Source: Nitrospinales bacterium (GTDB lineage: Bacteria; Nitrospinota; Nitrospinia; Nitrospinales; VA-1). Taken from it: a stretch of DNA of 64,000 nucleotides. The first letter of the stretch is position 1. Every line of letters begins with the position of its first letter. Positions 1 to 10,084 of the stretch are shown piece after piece. The notes below the pieces were generated by a model that did no database searches, was not told where the DNA came from, and saw only the letters and a list, made by a program, of their open reading frames with translations. The position numbers were made by a program, and so were the translations under genes. The DNA lies in contig CBDCWG010000012.1 of the NCBI GenBank assembly GCA_965223345.1, positions 544,001-608,000 on the forward strand. Direction: 5' to 3'.

Positions 1-158
1 ATTGGAAACACTGAACGCAGAAGATGAAAAGAAGAAATGAAACGGTGGAAACAAATCCAGAACCACCGTCGTGAAATTTCTATCAGGGTTTCACCTTAAG
101 CAACTGCTAAAGCTAATTCTGTGTTCGAGGCTCAATCAATCCTCCTTTCTGTTAGCCA

Positions 159-506
159 TTATCTCCCTCTCCCCGCTTCGCGGATCAGGGCTTCGACCGC
201 ATCCATCGGCAGATCCTCGAGTTTTTTGAAACGCACACAGCCTTTGCCCAGATCGAGATGGGCGAGTGCGTTTTTGTATTTTTCCAGCAGCGCCGCGTCG
301 CAGAGGTACAGGCTCATGTGGTGCTTCTGGCTGGCGATGGCGCAGACAAACCCGTCGATCTCATAGGTCGGCATTTTGCAGGCCATGGTTTCTTGGGCCT
401 TAGGCAGCAGCGAGCGGATGCGGTCCCGCAAAACGCTGAGGTCTTTGCGGCGCGCCTCCGGCAGCGCGTTGAAGTAATCCTCGGCGCTCTGAGCGGTCTT
501 GGCCAT
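159..506 (-). CDS. DUF1801/YdhG-like protein
   Basis: YFNALPEARRKDL...MPTY...QKHHMSLY...GKGCVRFKKLEDLP pattern; ATG at 506 abuts the upstream stop. Confidence 0.8.
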   Translation of the reverse strand: MAKTAQSAEDYFNALPEARRKDLSVLRDRIRSLLPKAQETMACKMPTYEIDGFVCAIASQKHHMSLYLCDAALLEKYKNALAHLDLGKGCVRFKKLEDLPMDAVEALIREAGRGR

Positions 507-508
507 GC

Positions 509-2155
509 TCAAAAGCGCGAGCTGGCCAGCTTCACGTCCGCGCCGCTCCAGGATTGCTCAAACTGTTTCTCCACTTCCGCTGCAGCCTCGGTTTTGCCCT
601 GCCCTTTGAGACTTGCTTGGAGACCGTACAAGCCCCAACCGTTGCCCTTGTTTTTTTCCAGGTCCTCGCGGTACACGGCTTCGGCCTTTGCGAATTTTCC
701 CGCCTCGAGCAGCACCGCCCCCAGCGCATGCCGCACGGGAAAGGACCAGTCCGGCGGTTCGTTATAGATGAGAGCATCCTCGATGCCGGCCGCGATGGTG
801 AGATGATCGATCGCGTCCTGCTGGCGGCCCGCCGCTTCGGCCAGTTCCGCAGACAGGATCTCCGCGCCGATGCGCAGCAGTTTTTTCACGCGGTTGAGAC
901 CGAAGACCGTCATCTCGTCAATGGCGGGGTCTTTCGCCGTTTTCTGCAAACGGTCGAGCTCGCTCTGCGCCGCAGTGATATTTCCCTTGCGCACCTGCGC
1001 CATGCCACGCGCGAAATGCCACACGCCCGCAGGATAGATGAGTTCCTTTTCCGGCTTCGGTTCCTTAAGGATCGCGTCCCATTTGCCGAAGCGCACAAAG
1101 GCATACAGGGGCATGGAATAAAAATGCTGCAGCGTGCCGCCGAACACAGGATCGTGGATCTTGGTTTTATCGACGTTCTCAGCGGTGCCGCGCGCCGCCT
1201 GGATGGCGAGTTCGCTCTTGCCGCTCATCATGGCCGCCGCCCAGAGAAAGTGGTGTTTGTGCGGCACGTAGGCCAGCGGATACAGCCCCTGGGCTTTCAC
1301 CTGCCTGAGATATTCCTGATCGGCGGCGATGGCGTCCAGGTTGGCTTTGGCCGCGTCCTTGTAGCGGCCGATGTTGATGTAGATGTGCCCCGGCATGTGC
1401 ACCAGGTGTCCGGCTCCGGGAGCCAGGCTCGCCAGCCGGTCCGCCGCCGCTTCCGCCCGGCCGGGATCGTCGGAGGCTTCGACGGCGTGGATGTAAAGAT
1501 GGTTGGCCAATGGATGATCCAGGGTCTTGGCGAGGATCGCTTCCAGGGTGGACACGATCTCCGGCGTCCAGGGTTTGGGCTTCTTGTCCTTTGTCCAGAA
1601 ATCCCAGGGATGCAAATCCATGAGGGCATTGGCGAACAGGGCGGCGGTGTGCAGATCCTCCGGATACCGCTTCGTCACCTCGCGCATGGCGTCGGCGTAC
1701 GCGCGGTCCAGCGCGCTGCGGTCCTTCTGCACTTCCTTGGAATAGCGCTGGGCCATCGCCTCGATGAGCGCCTGCTCCAATTCGCTCGCCCCGCCTTTCA
1801 ACTCCTGCGCTCTCTGAATGGCCGCATGGGCTTTGGGAACCGCCAGGTCCTCCATCGGGGCGTTGAGATTGGGCCCCAGGACCCAGGCCACGCCCCAGTA
1901 GCACATGGCACAGGCGGGGTCCAGCCGCGCCGCCTCACGGAAAGAACGTTCGGCTTCGGCGTGGTTGAACGCGATGGCGAGAATGAATCCCTGATTAAAA
2001 TAACGCTGCACCAGTGGGTCTTTCGTGGTGATGGCAAAGTGCGTGCTGCCCAGATTGTCAAACAGGGGGGCTCTGCGTTCGCCGGCCCAGACGGACACAG
2101 CCACCGAAAACGTCAACAACGATGCCATTAATACGGTCCCATTCAATCGTTTCAT
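509..2155 (-). CDS. Secreted TPR-repeat protein with His-rich motifs
   Basis: Signal peptide; FNHAEAERSF, HPLANHLYIH, GHLVHMPGHI, YNEPPDW; start chosen at ATG 2155 after a GAGGGATGGAG RBS-like stretch. Confidence 0.8.
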   Translation of the reverse strand: MKRLNGTVLMASLLTFSVAVSVWAGERRAPLFDNLGSTHFAITTKDPLVQRYFNQGFILAIAFNHAEAERSFREAARLDPACAMCYWGVAWVLGPNLNAPMEDLAVPKAHAAIQRAQELKGGASELEQALIEAMAQRYSKEVQKDRSALDRAYADAMREVTKRYPEDLHTAALFANALMDLHPWDFWTKDKKPKPWTPEIVSTLEAILAKTLDHPLANHLYIHAVEASDDPGRAEAAADRLASLAPGAGHLVHMPGHIYINIGRYKDAAKANLDAIAADQEYLRQVKAQGLYPLAYVPHKHHFLWAAAMMSGKSELAIQAARGTAENVDKTKIHDPVFGGTLQHFYSMPLYAFVRFGKWDAILKEPKPEKELIYPAGVWHFARGMAQVRKGNITAAQSELDRLQKTAKDPAIDEMTVFGLNRVKKLLRIGAEILSAELAEAAGRQQDAIDHLTIAAGIEDALIYNEPPDWSFPVRHALGAVLLEAGKFAKAEAVYREDLEKNKGNGWGLYGLQASLKGQGKTEAAAEVEKQFEQSWSGADVKLASSRF

Positions 2156-2498
2156 GCTCCATCCCTCACTCATATGGTTTGAAGATTCGTTTTTTTCAGG
2201 CTTCCCGGATTGCCGTCCGGCGGAGGCTTCGTTGCCACCGGTCTTTGTCCGCATCCGGAACGCACGGTTAGAAACCCGCTCGTAAAGGGTTGCGCAGCAG
2301 GGACTCTAAAACCGCCGGTTGCGCCCCCATCTTGGTATTTGCGCATCTTTATGCTGGAAAGGATGCGTTTTCCGTTTTAAATTAATTAAATAGTCCATTC
2401 TCACATAATCCGGTCGGTGCGTGCCCCTGGCTCTCGTTTGCAAACAATCCCGGCTTGCTCCCCTTGCAAGGACACCCAGGCTTTTTTCCCAATATCGC

Positions 2499-3764
2499 AT
2501 GTTCATTCATAAATCCTTCAAATCCTCGCTGCGGCCGAACCCGTTTGGAACACGATGGATGGCGTCTTTGCTCACGGTCGCCGTCGTGGGCTGGACGCCG
2601 TCTCCGTCTGTCGCCGGCGGCGCCGGCGCGCCGTTCTCGCTGCGGGATTTCGCCCGCTCCGCCCCGACGCTGCGGTCGCAGCATCCGGTGCGCACGCTGC
2701 AGGAAAACGCGCACCTGCTCGAGAAAATGGGAGGCATCGTGTTCGAAAGCGCCGCCCGCCCTGACGCCGAGGCCGAGGGGAAACAGGTCGGCATCGAGTA
2801 CCTGCCGCACAACGAGGACGGCAAGCGCCTACGGATTTCCATCGGCGACCGGGATCATTTCCCTGCCATCTTCGACTGGCAGCTGCTCCCCATCGCCCGT
2901 TTCGCCGATTCCAAAGCGACGGCGGTGATCTCCACCACCGAACAAAGCCCCGATAAGATCCGCTACCACCCGGCTTTCAAAAACAACCTGCTGGGACTGC
3001 GCCTGTTCCAGGCCGACACGCTGTTCGACGCGCCGTCTTCCGCGTGGAACCTGCCGCGTTACTACCTTCCGGGCGATCACACGCACTGGGTGACCGCGGA
3101 CCGGGTGCATGTGCGCTCGCTGCCGAACGAGAAAGGCAGCGTCGTCCGGGTGCTGAAAAAATGGGCCGGTGTGAAGGTGCTGCAATCGCAGCTCGGGTGG
3201 TCCCGCATCGAGCTGGGAAAAAAATCCGGCTGGATCACATCCAACCTGTTGACCCGCAAAAGCCCTCCCCTGTTGGGAGGCGGCGAGTCGGGCTTCCACA
3301 CCGAAAAACCCAAGGCCCTGGTGGAACAGATCGAGGCGATCCGCAAACGCCATCACCTGTCGCTTCGGGCCAAATACGGCCGGGACTACCGCTACGGATA
3401 CCTGATCCACGACAAGGACTCCGGCATCGAGTTCCAATCCGAGCCCGGCCGCTTCACGCTGACCGGTCAGCCGGAGTACTATTTCTGGAGCGGCCGCAAG
3501 GGCGAAGGCAAAACACACCCGGTCGTGCACATGAATTTCGAGATGCGGCAAAAAATCCAGCTCATCGGGCAGGTCAATCCGGTGGTCTTCCAAGCCCTGC
3601 TCAACACCATGCGCTACGCGGCTTTTTTCCGCTACTGCAAAAATAAGAACCCCAGGCAGTGGAAATCGTTTCTAAAGTCTTTGGAACCTGTTAAAATCCC
3701 CTCGATCGAAATACCGGTCACCTCGATTTTTCACGGCAATCGTTATCAACCCGGATCCGGGTAA
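2499..3764 (+). CDS. Exported hypothetical protein with internal SH3b-like domain
   Basis: VTADRVHVRSLP...GWSRI...GWITSNLL at ~3084-3251; hydrophobic N-terminus; start uncertain (2499 or 2559). Confidence 0.7.
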   Translation: MFIHKSFKSSLRPNPFGTRWMASLLTVAVVGWTPSPSVAGGAGAPFSLRDFARSAPTLRSQHPVRTLQENAHLLEKMGGIVFESAARPDAEAEGKQVGIEYLPHNEDGKRLRISIGDRDHFPAIFDWQLLPIARFADSKATAVISTTEQSPDKIRYHPAFKNNLLGLRLFQADTLFDAPSSAWNLPRYYLPGDHTHWVTADRVHVRSLPNEKGSVVRVLKKWAGVKVLQSQLGWSRIELGKKSGWITSNLLTRKSPPLLGGGESGFHTEKPKALVEQIEAIRKRHHLSLRAKYGRDYRYGYLIHDKDSGIEFQSEPGRFTLTGQPEYYFWSGRKGEGKTHPVVHMNFEMRQKIQLIGQVNPVVFQALLNTMRYAAFFRYCKNKNPRQWKSFLKSLEPVKIPSIEIPVTSIFHGNRYQPGSG

Positions 3765-3855
3765 ACTCAAAATCCCCCGCAGCATCACCCGGCTTCGTTC
3801 CGCCTGCATCTCGACTCGCAAACGGATCCGGCCCGACACCCTCTGGACGCCCGAC

Positions 3856-4974
3856 ATGGCCGCAAAAAAGAAGAAACCCCTGCCGAAACGCAACGCCACC
3901 TTCAAGGAACTGTTTTCGCCGCAGAAAAAATACGCCTATTTTGAACACGGCGAGCAGCACGCCTTCAAACACAAAGCCAAGCGCTTTCAGTGGGTCAACG
4001 GCTGGTGGCTGGCCGAAGCCTCTATGCTGGCCTACTGCGATAGCGCCACCGTGATCAAAAAGCTGACCGTCCCTGCGCCGCGCTCCCAAAGCGACGCGTT
4101 TTTTGAAGAGGCGCTTTTTTTCGACCGCGGCGGCACCCAGTGTTTTGTGGCGCACAACCGGGATTTCGTCCTCGTTGCCTTCCGCGGAACCCTGATCCCG
4201 AGATCCGGGAAGAGCCCTTCTGCCACGGCCGCCAAAGAGCCGCCGAACATCCCGAAAAAGGCGATGCTGGATCTGAAAAAGTTTTTCTCCGGCAGAACCC
4301 GCGCGAAATACTTCAAACAGTTTTCCGACATTTTCACGGACGTGAACATCGTTCTCGAAGCGGACCCGCCGCAGCGCGGAAAAGTGCACCGCGGCTTCAA
4401 GCAGGCCCTGGATGCGATCTGGAATCCCCCGGACACCGGCGAAGAGGCGGAATCCGATGCCCAGCCCGGGTTGAAAGCCACGCTCGATAAAATCCGCGCC
4501 CGCGGCAAACGGCGTCACGGCAAGGAGCCGACGCTCTGGTTCACCGGGCACAGCCTGGGTGCGGCGCTGGCGACGCTGGCCGCCAACCGCTACAAAAAAG
4601 TTCAGGGGCTGTACACGTTCGGCTCCCCTATGGTAGGCGATGCGGAGTTCATCAAGGAATTTCAGGTTCCGCAGCATTTCCGCATCGTCAACAACCGCGA
4701 CATCGTCGCCCTGGTGCCGCCGCGTCTGCCGCCGTTTTTCGATTACTGCCACCTGGACGGCGTGCGCAAGATCACCCACCCCAAGCCCAACCGGGTGGCG
4801 CTGCAAACCGGCGAAAGCGACGACGGACTGTATTCGGGCGGCTACGACATCCTGAGCCTGATCGCCTCGATCCCGAAGATTCCCGACGGCACCCTGCCCG
4901 GCAGGCTGTTCGACCACTGCCCCTACGCCTACGTGGCCCACACCTGGAATCTCTATCTCAAGTCCTTGACCTGA
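3856..4974 (+). CDS. Class 3 lipase family protein
   Basis: VAFRGT, VHRGF, TGHSLGAALA, YTFGSP, DIVALVP, DH. Confidence 0.9.
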   Translation: MAAKKKKPLPKRNATFKELFSPQKKYAYFEHGEQHAFKHKAKRFQWVNGWWLAEASMLAYCDSATVIKKLTVPAPRSQSDAFFEEALFFDRGGTQCFVAHNRDFVLVAFRGTLIPRSGKSPSATAAKEPPNIPKKAMLDLKKFFSGRTRAKYFKQFSDIFTDVNIVLEADPPQRGKVHRGFKQALDAIWNPPDTGEEAESDAQPGLKATLDKIRARGKRRHGKEPTLWFTGHSLGAALATLAANRYKKVQGLYTFGSPMVGDAEFIKEFQVPQHFRIVNNRDIVALVPPRLPPFFDYCHLDGVRKITHPKPNRVALQTGESDDGLYSGGYDILSLIASIPKIPDGTLPGRLFDHCPYAYVAHTWNLYLKSLT

Positions 4975-4981
4975 CCGTTTC

Positions 4982-5596
4982 TCAGGGCTGGCGGTACAGC
5001 ATCCGCAGATGATCGGCGTACAGAGCGAGCTGCGGCGCCACCAGCTTGGGATCGTCCAGGGTCTTCGACTGCAGCAACGCCCCCTCCAGCACGCAAACGA
5101 GAAAATCCCCCAGCAAGTCGGGGTCCACCTCTTTAACCGGCTCGTATTTTTCGTTGGCGGCGCGGATCTTGGACGCAAACATCTGCCGCCAGTCGAGCAT
5201 CGCCTTCGTGCAAACCTGCAGCACCTCCTCCTCGAACTGCTGACTCTGAAACGCGTAGGCCGCAATCAGGCAGCCGGGAAACGGCTCGTCCAGAGAGTCG
5301 AACATCTCCGCCAGCAACCCCACGAAAATCAAAAGCTGCTGTAAAGGATCGGGGCTCATTTTTTCCGCCCGCGTCATGAATCCGCCAAAAACTTCCAGGT
5401 CCTGGGCGTGAAAGCGCTCGATCAGCCTTTTGGCGAGGTCCGCCTTGTTCTTGAAATGATAAAAAAAGGTCCCTTTGGTGATGCCCGCTTTTTCGATCAC
5501 CTTGTCCACAGAGGTTCCCGCGAACCCGTAACTGAGCACCAGCTCCTGCGCGGTGTCGAGAATCCTTTCCTGCGTCGTCACACTCGATTTCGGCAT
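4982..5596 (-). CDS. TetR/AcrR family regulator
   Basis: GFAGTSVDKVIEKAGITKGTFFYHFKNK HTH; GCL motif. Confidence 0.92.
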   Translation of the reverse strand: MPKSSVTTQERILDTAQELVLSYGFAGTSVDKVIEKAGITKGTFFYHFKNKADLAKRLIERFHAQDLEVFGGFMTRAEKMSPDPLQQLLIFVGLLAEMFDSLDEPFPGCLIAAYAFQSQQFEEEVLQVCTKAMLDWRQMFASKIRAANEKYEPVKEVDPDLLGDFLVCVLEGALLQSKTLDDPKLVAPQLALYADHLRMLYRQP

Positions 5597-5640
5597 CGTT
5601 TGACCTCGCCTGGTTGGAGAAATTCATTGCCTGGCTGACC

Positions 5641-5668
5641 ATTATACCGACTGGTCGGTATCTGTCAA
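5641..5668 (-). promoter_or_regulatory. Sigma70 promoter of tetR with overlapping palindromic operator
   Basis: Minus strand TTGACA-16 bp-TATAAT; palindrome ATACCGAC-TG-GTCGGTAT at 5644-5661. Confidence 0.8.
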
Positions 5669-5808
5669 CCACCTCACCGCGAATAATTTTGCATTATCCA
5701 CCCCAACAAAACCCATTGCAAATAAAATACTTATGAATTTACGCCTTGTCCCAGACAGGGATTGGTGATTTTTTTTGTTGACGACGGCCGCGCACATGAC
5801 TATTTTAC

Positions 5809-5822
5809 ACCAACCAGTTGGT
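5809..5822. promoter_or_regulatory. Second putative TetR operator
   Basis: ACCAAC-CA-GTTGGT, a variant of ACCGAC-CA-GTCGGT. Confidence 0.6.
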
Positions 5823-5987
5823 ACAACAAAAATTCAACCGAAGCCAAAAACCATGAGTATTCCCAAGCAAGACACTTTTCTGCAATCTCTCGCCGTGCCG
5901 GGCCCACATTTGGCAGGGAACCGGGAAAACCCCTTCGGCCCGGCGGTGGAATCCATTCAGAACCGCTTTTTCGAGGAGCGCGCGATC

Positions 5988-6068
5988 ATGAAACGCATTG
6001 CATTTTTTATTTATGGAACGCTGGGACGATCTAATGAGAAACGGCTTAGGAATGAGTTCACAAAATGA
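5988..6068 (+). pseudogene. Short 5' gene remnant (MddA/isoprenylcysteine methyltransferase-like N-terminus)
   Basis: GAGGAG RBS at 5973-5978, then MKRIAFFIYGTLG and an early stop. Confidence 0.35.
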
Positions 6069-6121
6069 TTGGTTTTAAACGCCAGCAAACATGAAAACTC
6101 AATTAAAGGGGGTATCATAAG

Positions 6122-7192
6122 ATGACGACTCAACTGCAAACCATCGACGAAAAAAAAATGGGAGACTTTATGGGCAAAATGGTGGGCGACCTTGGAGCCG
6201 CTACCAGCAGTGTGCTCGTTCTCATTGGGCAACGGCTTGGATTGTATAAAGCACTTGTTGAGTACGGTCCGCTCTCGGCCGAAGAGTTGGCAAAAAAAAC
6301 AGGAACCGCGCCGAGATACATTTTAGAGTGGGCTTCCAATCAGGCCGCCTCCGGTTACATTGAATATGACCCGATCACAAATCAGTTTTATCAGGATCCG
6401 GAGCAAGCCGCCGTGTTTGCCGATGAGGAAAGTCCATTCTTTTTAGGAGGAGGTTTTTATTCGATCGCTTCCATGTTTTCCGACGAACCTAAAATCACAG
6501 ACGCATTTCGAACCGGGGAGGGGGTTTCCTGGGGCGCTCATGACTCTTGTCTTTTTTGCGGCGTTGCAAAGTTTTTCAAACCCACCTACAAAGCCAACTT
6601 GATTCAGTCCTGGATTCCGGCTCTCAAGGACGTCCAGGGAAAACTGGAAAGAGGCGCAAAAGTTGCGGATGTCGGTTGCGGATACGGTCACTCCACTCTC
6701 CTTTTAGCGGAAGCGTTTCCCAAAAGCCGCTTTTACGGATTCGATTTTCATGAACCCTCCATTGAACACGCAAAAAAACTGGCCAGAGAAAAAGGGTTCG
6801 ACAATGTGACCTTCGAAACCGCGAAAGCCAAGGATTTTCCTGGAGAGTCCTATGATCTGGTCACCTTTTTCGACTGCCTGCACGATATGGGAGATCCTGC
6901 AGGCGCCGCCAAACATGTGTGTAGCAAATTGGATAAAGACGGCACCTGGATGATCGTGGAACCTTTTGCCCACGATACGCTGGAGCAAAACCTGAATCCT
7001 GTGAGCCGGGTTTATTTTTCCTTTTCGGCGACGGTTTGCACACTCTCGTCTCTGAGTCAGGAAGTGGGTCTTGCATTAGGCGCTCAAGCAGGTGAAAAGA
7101 GGCTTCGTGAAGTGGTGACATCGGGCGGCTTTACCCGGTTTCGACGCGCAGCGGAAACTCCCTTCAACCTTGTTTTGGAAGCCCGCCGCTAA
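6122..7192 (+). CDS. Class I SAM methyltransferase with N-terminal winged helix (Rv2258c-like)
   Basis: VADVGCGYG, FDCLHDMGDP, LGAQAGE. Confidence 0.9.
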   Translation: MTTQLQTIDEKKMGDFMGKMVGDLGAATSSVLVLIGQRLGLYKALVEYGPLSAEELAKKTGTAPRYILEWASNQAASGYIEYDPITNQFYQDPEQAAVFADEESPFFLGGGFYSIASMFSDEPKITDAFRTGEGVSWGAHDSCLFCGVAKFFKPTYKANLIQSWIPALKDVQGKLERGAKVADVGCGYGHSTLLLAEAFPKSRFYGFDFHEPSIEHAKKLAREKGFDNVTFETAKAKDFPGESYDLVTFFDCLHDMGDPAGAAKHVCSKLDKDGTWMIVEPFAHDTLEQNLNPVSRVYFSFSATVCTLSSLSQEVGLALGAQAGEKRLREVVTSGGFTRFRRAAETPFNLVLEARR

Positions 7193-7283
7193 AACCAGCT
7201 TTATTTACTGTCAGAAATTTCTCAATCAAAGAAAGGTCCTGACCTCTATTGAACACGTAAACGAAATCACAAGGAGAAATAAA

Positions 7284-7850
7284 ATGACGACATCCACAAA
7301 AACCAACACGCTGCCCAACGACATCGATGTGCCGGCATTGAAGGAAGTCATCCAGGCGGTGAGTGAGGACGCCTCCAAGGGGAAGGTCAAGTTTCATGTG
7401 ACCACCGGCTGGACGGGACAAACCAGCAGCACCACTAAAGTGCACGCCATGCAGCTGGGCGGCGAAACCGTCGAGCGCTCGTTTTCCATCCGCGCGGACG
7501 AGCCGCCGGAACTTTTGGGAAGCAACACGGCGCCCAACCCGCAGGAGCTGCTGTTCTCGGCGATGAACGCCTGCATGCTGGTGGGCTATGTGGTGGGGGC
7601 CTCGTTCAAAGGCATCACGCTGGAAAAACTGGAGATCGAAACGCAGGGCGAACTGGATCTGCGCGGCTTCCTCGGCATCGACGAAAGCGTCAAGCCGGGT
7701 TACGACAGCATCCAGTACACGGTGCGCATCAAAGGAAATGGAACAAAGGAACAGTTTCAGGAAATCCACGACACCGTCGTCAAGACTTCGCCCAACCGCT
7801 TCAACATGGCGAGTCCGATCCGGCTGGACGGAACCCTGATCGTGGATTGA
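7284..7850 (+). CDS. OsmC family protein
   Basis: ADEPPELLGSNTAPNPQE...NAC, LDLRGFLG, TSP; AAGGAG RBS. Confidence 0.88.
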   Translation: MTTSTKTNTLPNDIDVPALKEVIQAVSEDASKGKVKFHVTTGWTGQTSSTTKVHAMQLGGETVERSFSIRADEPPELLGSNTAPNPQELLFSAMNACMLVGYVVGASFKGITLEKLEIETQGELDLRGFLGIDESVKPGYDSIQYTVRIKGNGTKEQFQEIHDTVVKTSPNRFNMASPIRLDGTLIVD

Positions 7851-7889
7851 GTGTTTACTCAGAAAACCTCGAGGCGGATAAAAAATGAA

Positions 7890-7938
7890 CAGGCAGGATC
7901 CCGGCCTTCATGTGCTGGAAGGTCCGGGTCCCTGCCTG
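7890..7938. terminator. GC-rich hairpin between convergent genes
   Basis: CAGGCAGG..CCGG.CCTTC / GAAGG.CCGG..CCTGCCTG inverted arms. Confidence 0.5.
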
Positions 7939-8003
7939 CCGGGGGAACCGCTTATTCCTGAAGGATCCGATCGAGCATCGCACCCAACTCTCACGCCCTG
8001 TGA

Positions 8004-8438
8004 TCAGATCACTTCAAGCAGGTTGAGCGAAATCGCGATCAGCGCGATCATCTGCAAGGAATTGATCAGCACGCTGAAACGGTGCAGGCGGGCGAACTGC
8101 TTGCCCGCGCTTTTGTCTCCGGATTTCTGCCGGTCGCTGTAGTGGTTGATGCGGTGCATCAAAAACTGACGGCAATAAATGAAACCGGCGAGGATCGCCG
8201 CCAGCAGGGCGATCTGCAGCGGGCCGGCCGCCAGTGCGCCGATCAGCGCGATGGCCGTGACAATCGCGCCCCAGCTGTAGTAGCGCGGGAAAAACGCGCG
8301 CAGGTAGACGCTGGCGGACTGCCGGTCGAGGTGGCTGATCGCTAAAGGAGCGACGATCACGGCGAAGAAGATCATGCTGCCGAGCAGGATGATCACCGAA
8401 TACAGCGTGAAAAAACTGAAATAGTGTGGAATCTCCAT
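8004..8438 (-). CDS. DUF4149-like membrane protein
   Basis: FFAVIVAP, LRAFFPRYY, FARLHRFSVLIN; 4 hydrophobic segments. Confidence 0.75.
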   Translation of the reverse strand: MEIPHYFSFFTLYSVIILLGSMIFFAVIVAPLAISHLDRQSASVYLRAFFPRYYSWGAIVTAIALIGALAAGPLQIALLAAILAGFIYCRQFLMHRINHYSDRQKSGDKSAGKQFARLHRFSVLINSLQMIALIAISLNLLEVI

Positions 8439-8469
8439 CGTTTCCTCTCAACCCGATTGCGTCACCGAT

Positions 8470-8775
8470 TTACGTTTGCCTGGATTTCTTCCGTTTCTCG
8501 TAATAAAATTTTTTCTGACATTCGTGCGAGCAGTATTTTGCCGCTTTGTGCCGCGCGTGAAAGGTGTTGCCGCATTGCACGCAACGCTTGTCGTGAAATT
8601 TACGGGCTCGAGCGTCGGGGCTCTCTCCCTGCTTGAAATTTTCGACGAACCGCCTCGCCTTGCGCGTGGATTTCTGGCCAAGCAGCTTCTCGGTGGACCG
8701 GGACTTGATATCCTTATTTTGATGAACTTTTTTTAAATTCCCTTTGCTGTCATAGATCCTGCACTCATAGGCCAT
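8470..8775 (-). CDS. Small basic protein with C-terminal Cys4 zinc finger
   Basis: CVQCGNTF...KYCSHEC; ATG 8775. Confidence 0.7.
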   Translation of the reverse strand: MAYECRIYDSKGNLKKVHQNKDIKSRSTEKLLGQKSTRKARRFVENFKQGESPDARARKFHDKRCVQCGNTFHARHKAAKYCSHECQKKFYYEKRKKSRQT

Positions 8776-8954
8776 GTACGCTTCCGCCTTGTATCCACGA
8801 GAAAGAATAAAAAAGAAGAAAATCCGGCTATCCGGTTTTTTATCTTCCGAAGCGCCAGTAGAGAAAACCGGAAAGCCACCAGGCGATTCGCCGGATTTTC
8901 TTCCCCACCTCCTGCCTTTTGACAAAGGCGTTTGCCGTCCATCTCCTATCTACC

Positions 8955-9434
8955 TCAGGAACCCGCCGGTTCGTAAATGTTCCAGTCCTCGTACTTCCCC
9001 GCCTGCGCGTTCTTCGATGATGTGAAGCGAAGCACCTTGATCAGGCAGGTCGCCCCCTCTGATCCCTCGCCGGGAAACACCGCGTGCGGCCTGATTCTCA
9101 GCACCTTCGGAATCACCTGCGCCGATTGCGGCGTGTCCAGCACCAGTTCCACATACGGGTCGGCCTGCAGCTGCGCATTTTCCAGATACGCGACGGTGGT
9201 CGTTTCTTCATTGGGGTGCAACAGCGTCAGCGTGCCCTGCTGAAACCAGATCGCTTTCGGCGCGCTCTCTGAATGGCTGCGCGCTTTCCAGCGGCCGGTC
9301 ATGTTTTTTTGCGGACAGCCCCGCCACTCCGCATCGCTCCAATCCAGCGCCTGCGCGGAGTCCTGCTGCGCAAACACGATCAAGAAAGCTGCCAGTGCGG
9401 CGGCGGAAAAATTGAGACTGCGGATTGAAGTCAT
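8955..9434 (-). CDS. Exported hypothetical protein
   Basis: Signal peptide ending AQA; AGGA RBS; follows cbiX-like gene. Confidence 0.65.
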   Translation of the reverse strand: MTSIRSLNFSAAALAAFLIVFAQQDSAQALDWSDAEWRGCPQKNMTGRWKARSHSESAPKAIWFQQGTLTLLHPNEETTTVAYLENAQLQADPYVELVLDTPQSAQVIPKVLRIRPHAVFPGEGSEGATCLIKVLRFTSSKNAQAGKYEDWNIYEPAGS

Positions 9435-9447
9435 GATTGTTTCCTGT

Positions 9448-9996
9448 CTAATGGTTGTTGGCGTTTTCGTTGATATTCTGCGGCTCGGTTCCATTTTGAA
9501 ATTTCTCGATGTGGCTCCAGAGCATGACCGCCACCTTGTTGAGATCGAACGGCCAGGCGTATCGGATCTGCACATCCGGGAATCGCAAGTGCAAGGATTC
9601 CACTTCTTCCGGGATCTCGACTTCCGAATGGGAGCCTCCGGGTGTGAGCATGGTCGTGACCACGATGATCCGGTTGACGCCCGATGCGATCAGATCCTCC
9701 GCGGCCTCGGCGAGACTGGGCGCACAGAACTCGTTGTACGCGACGGCCAGTTTCGTGTCGTTCATGTACAGGCGCAGATGATCGGCCAGCGATTCGAGCC
9801 CGGCCTGGTAGGGGTCGGTTTCCTGCGTCCGCGGCCAAGTGCGGATGGCCCGGTCGGCTTCGATTTCCTCGGCGCTCGGCGGCAATCCTTTTTTCCGCCG
9901 CCCGGCTTCCAGACGTTTGAAGCGGGCGACCAGCTCCTGCGGACAATCCTTGGGAAGCCCGCCATGTCCCACCAGAATCACGCCTTGATCTTTCAT
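9448..9996 (-). CDS. cbiX: CbiX/SirB-type sirohydrochlorin chelatase
   Basis: VILVGHG, AYNEFCAPSL, TPGGSHSEVEIP. Confidence 0.8.
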   Translation of the reverse strand: MKDQGVILVGHGGLPKDCPQELVARFKRLEAGRRKKGLPPSAEEIEADRAIRTWPRTQETDPYQAGLESLADHLRLYMNDTKLAVAYNEFCAPSLAEAAEDLIASGVNRIIVVTTMLTPGGSHSEVEIPEEVESLHLRFPDVQIRYAWPFDLNKVAVMLWSHIEKFQNGTEPQNINENANNH

Positions 9997-10084
9997 AAAT
10001 TTATGCTCCCGATTTTCAGACACAATGTCGAAACTTCTTGAAAAAGCCACCTGACTCACTCCAATAACTTAGTCACTATTTGTG

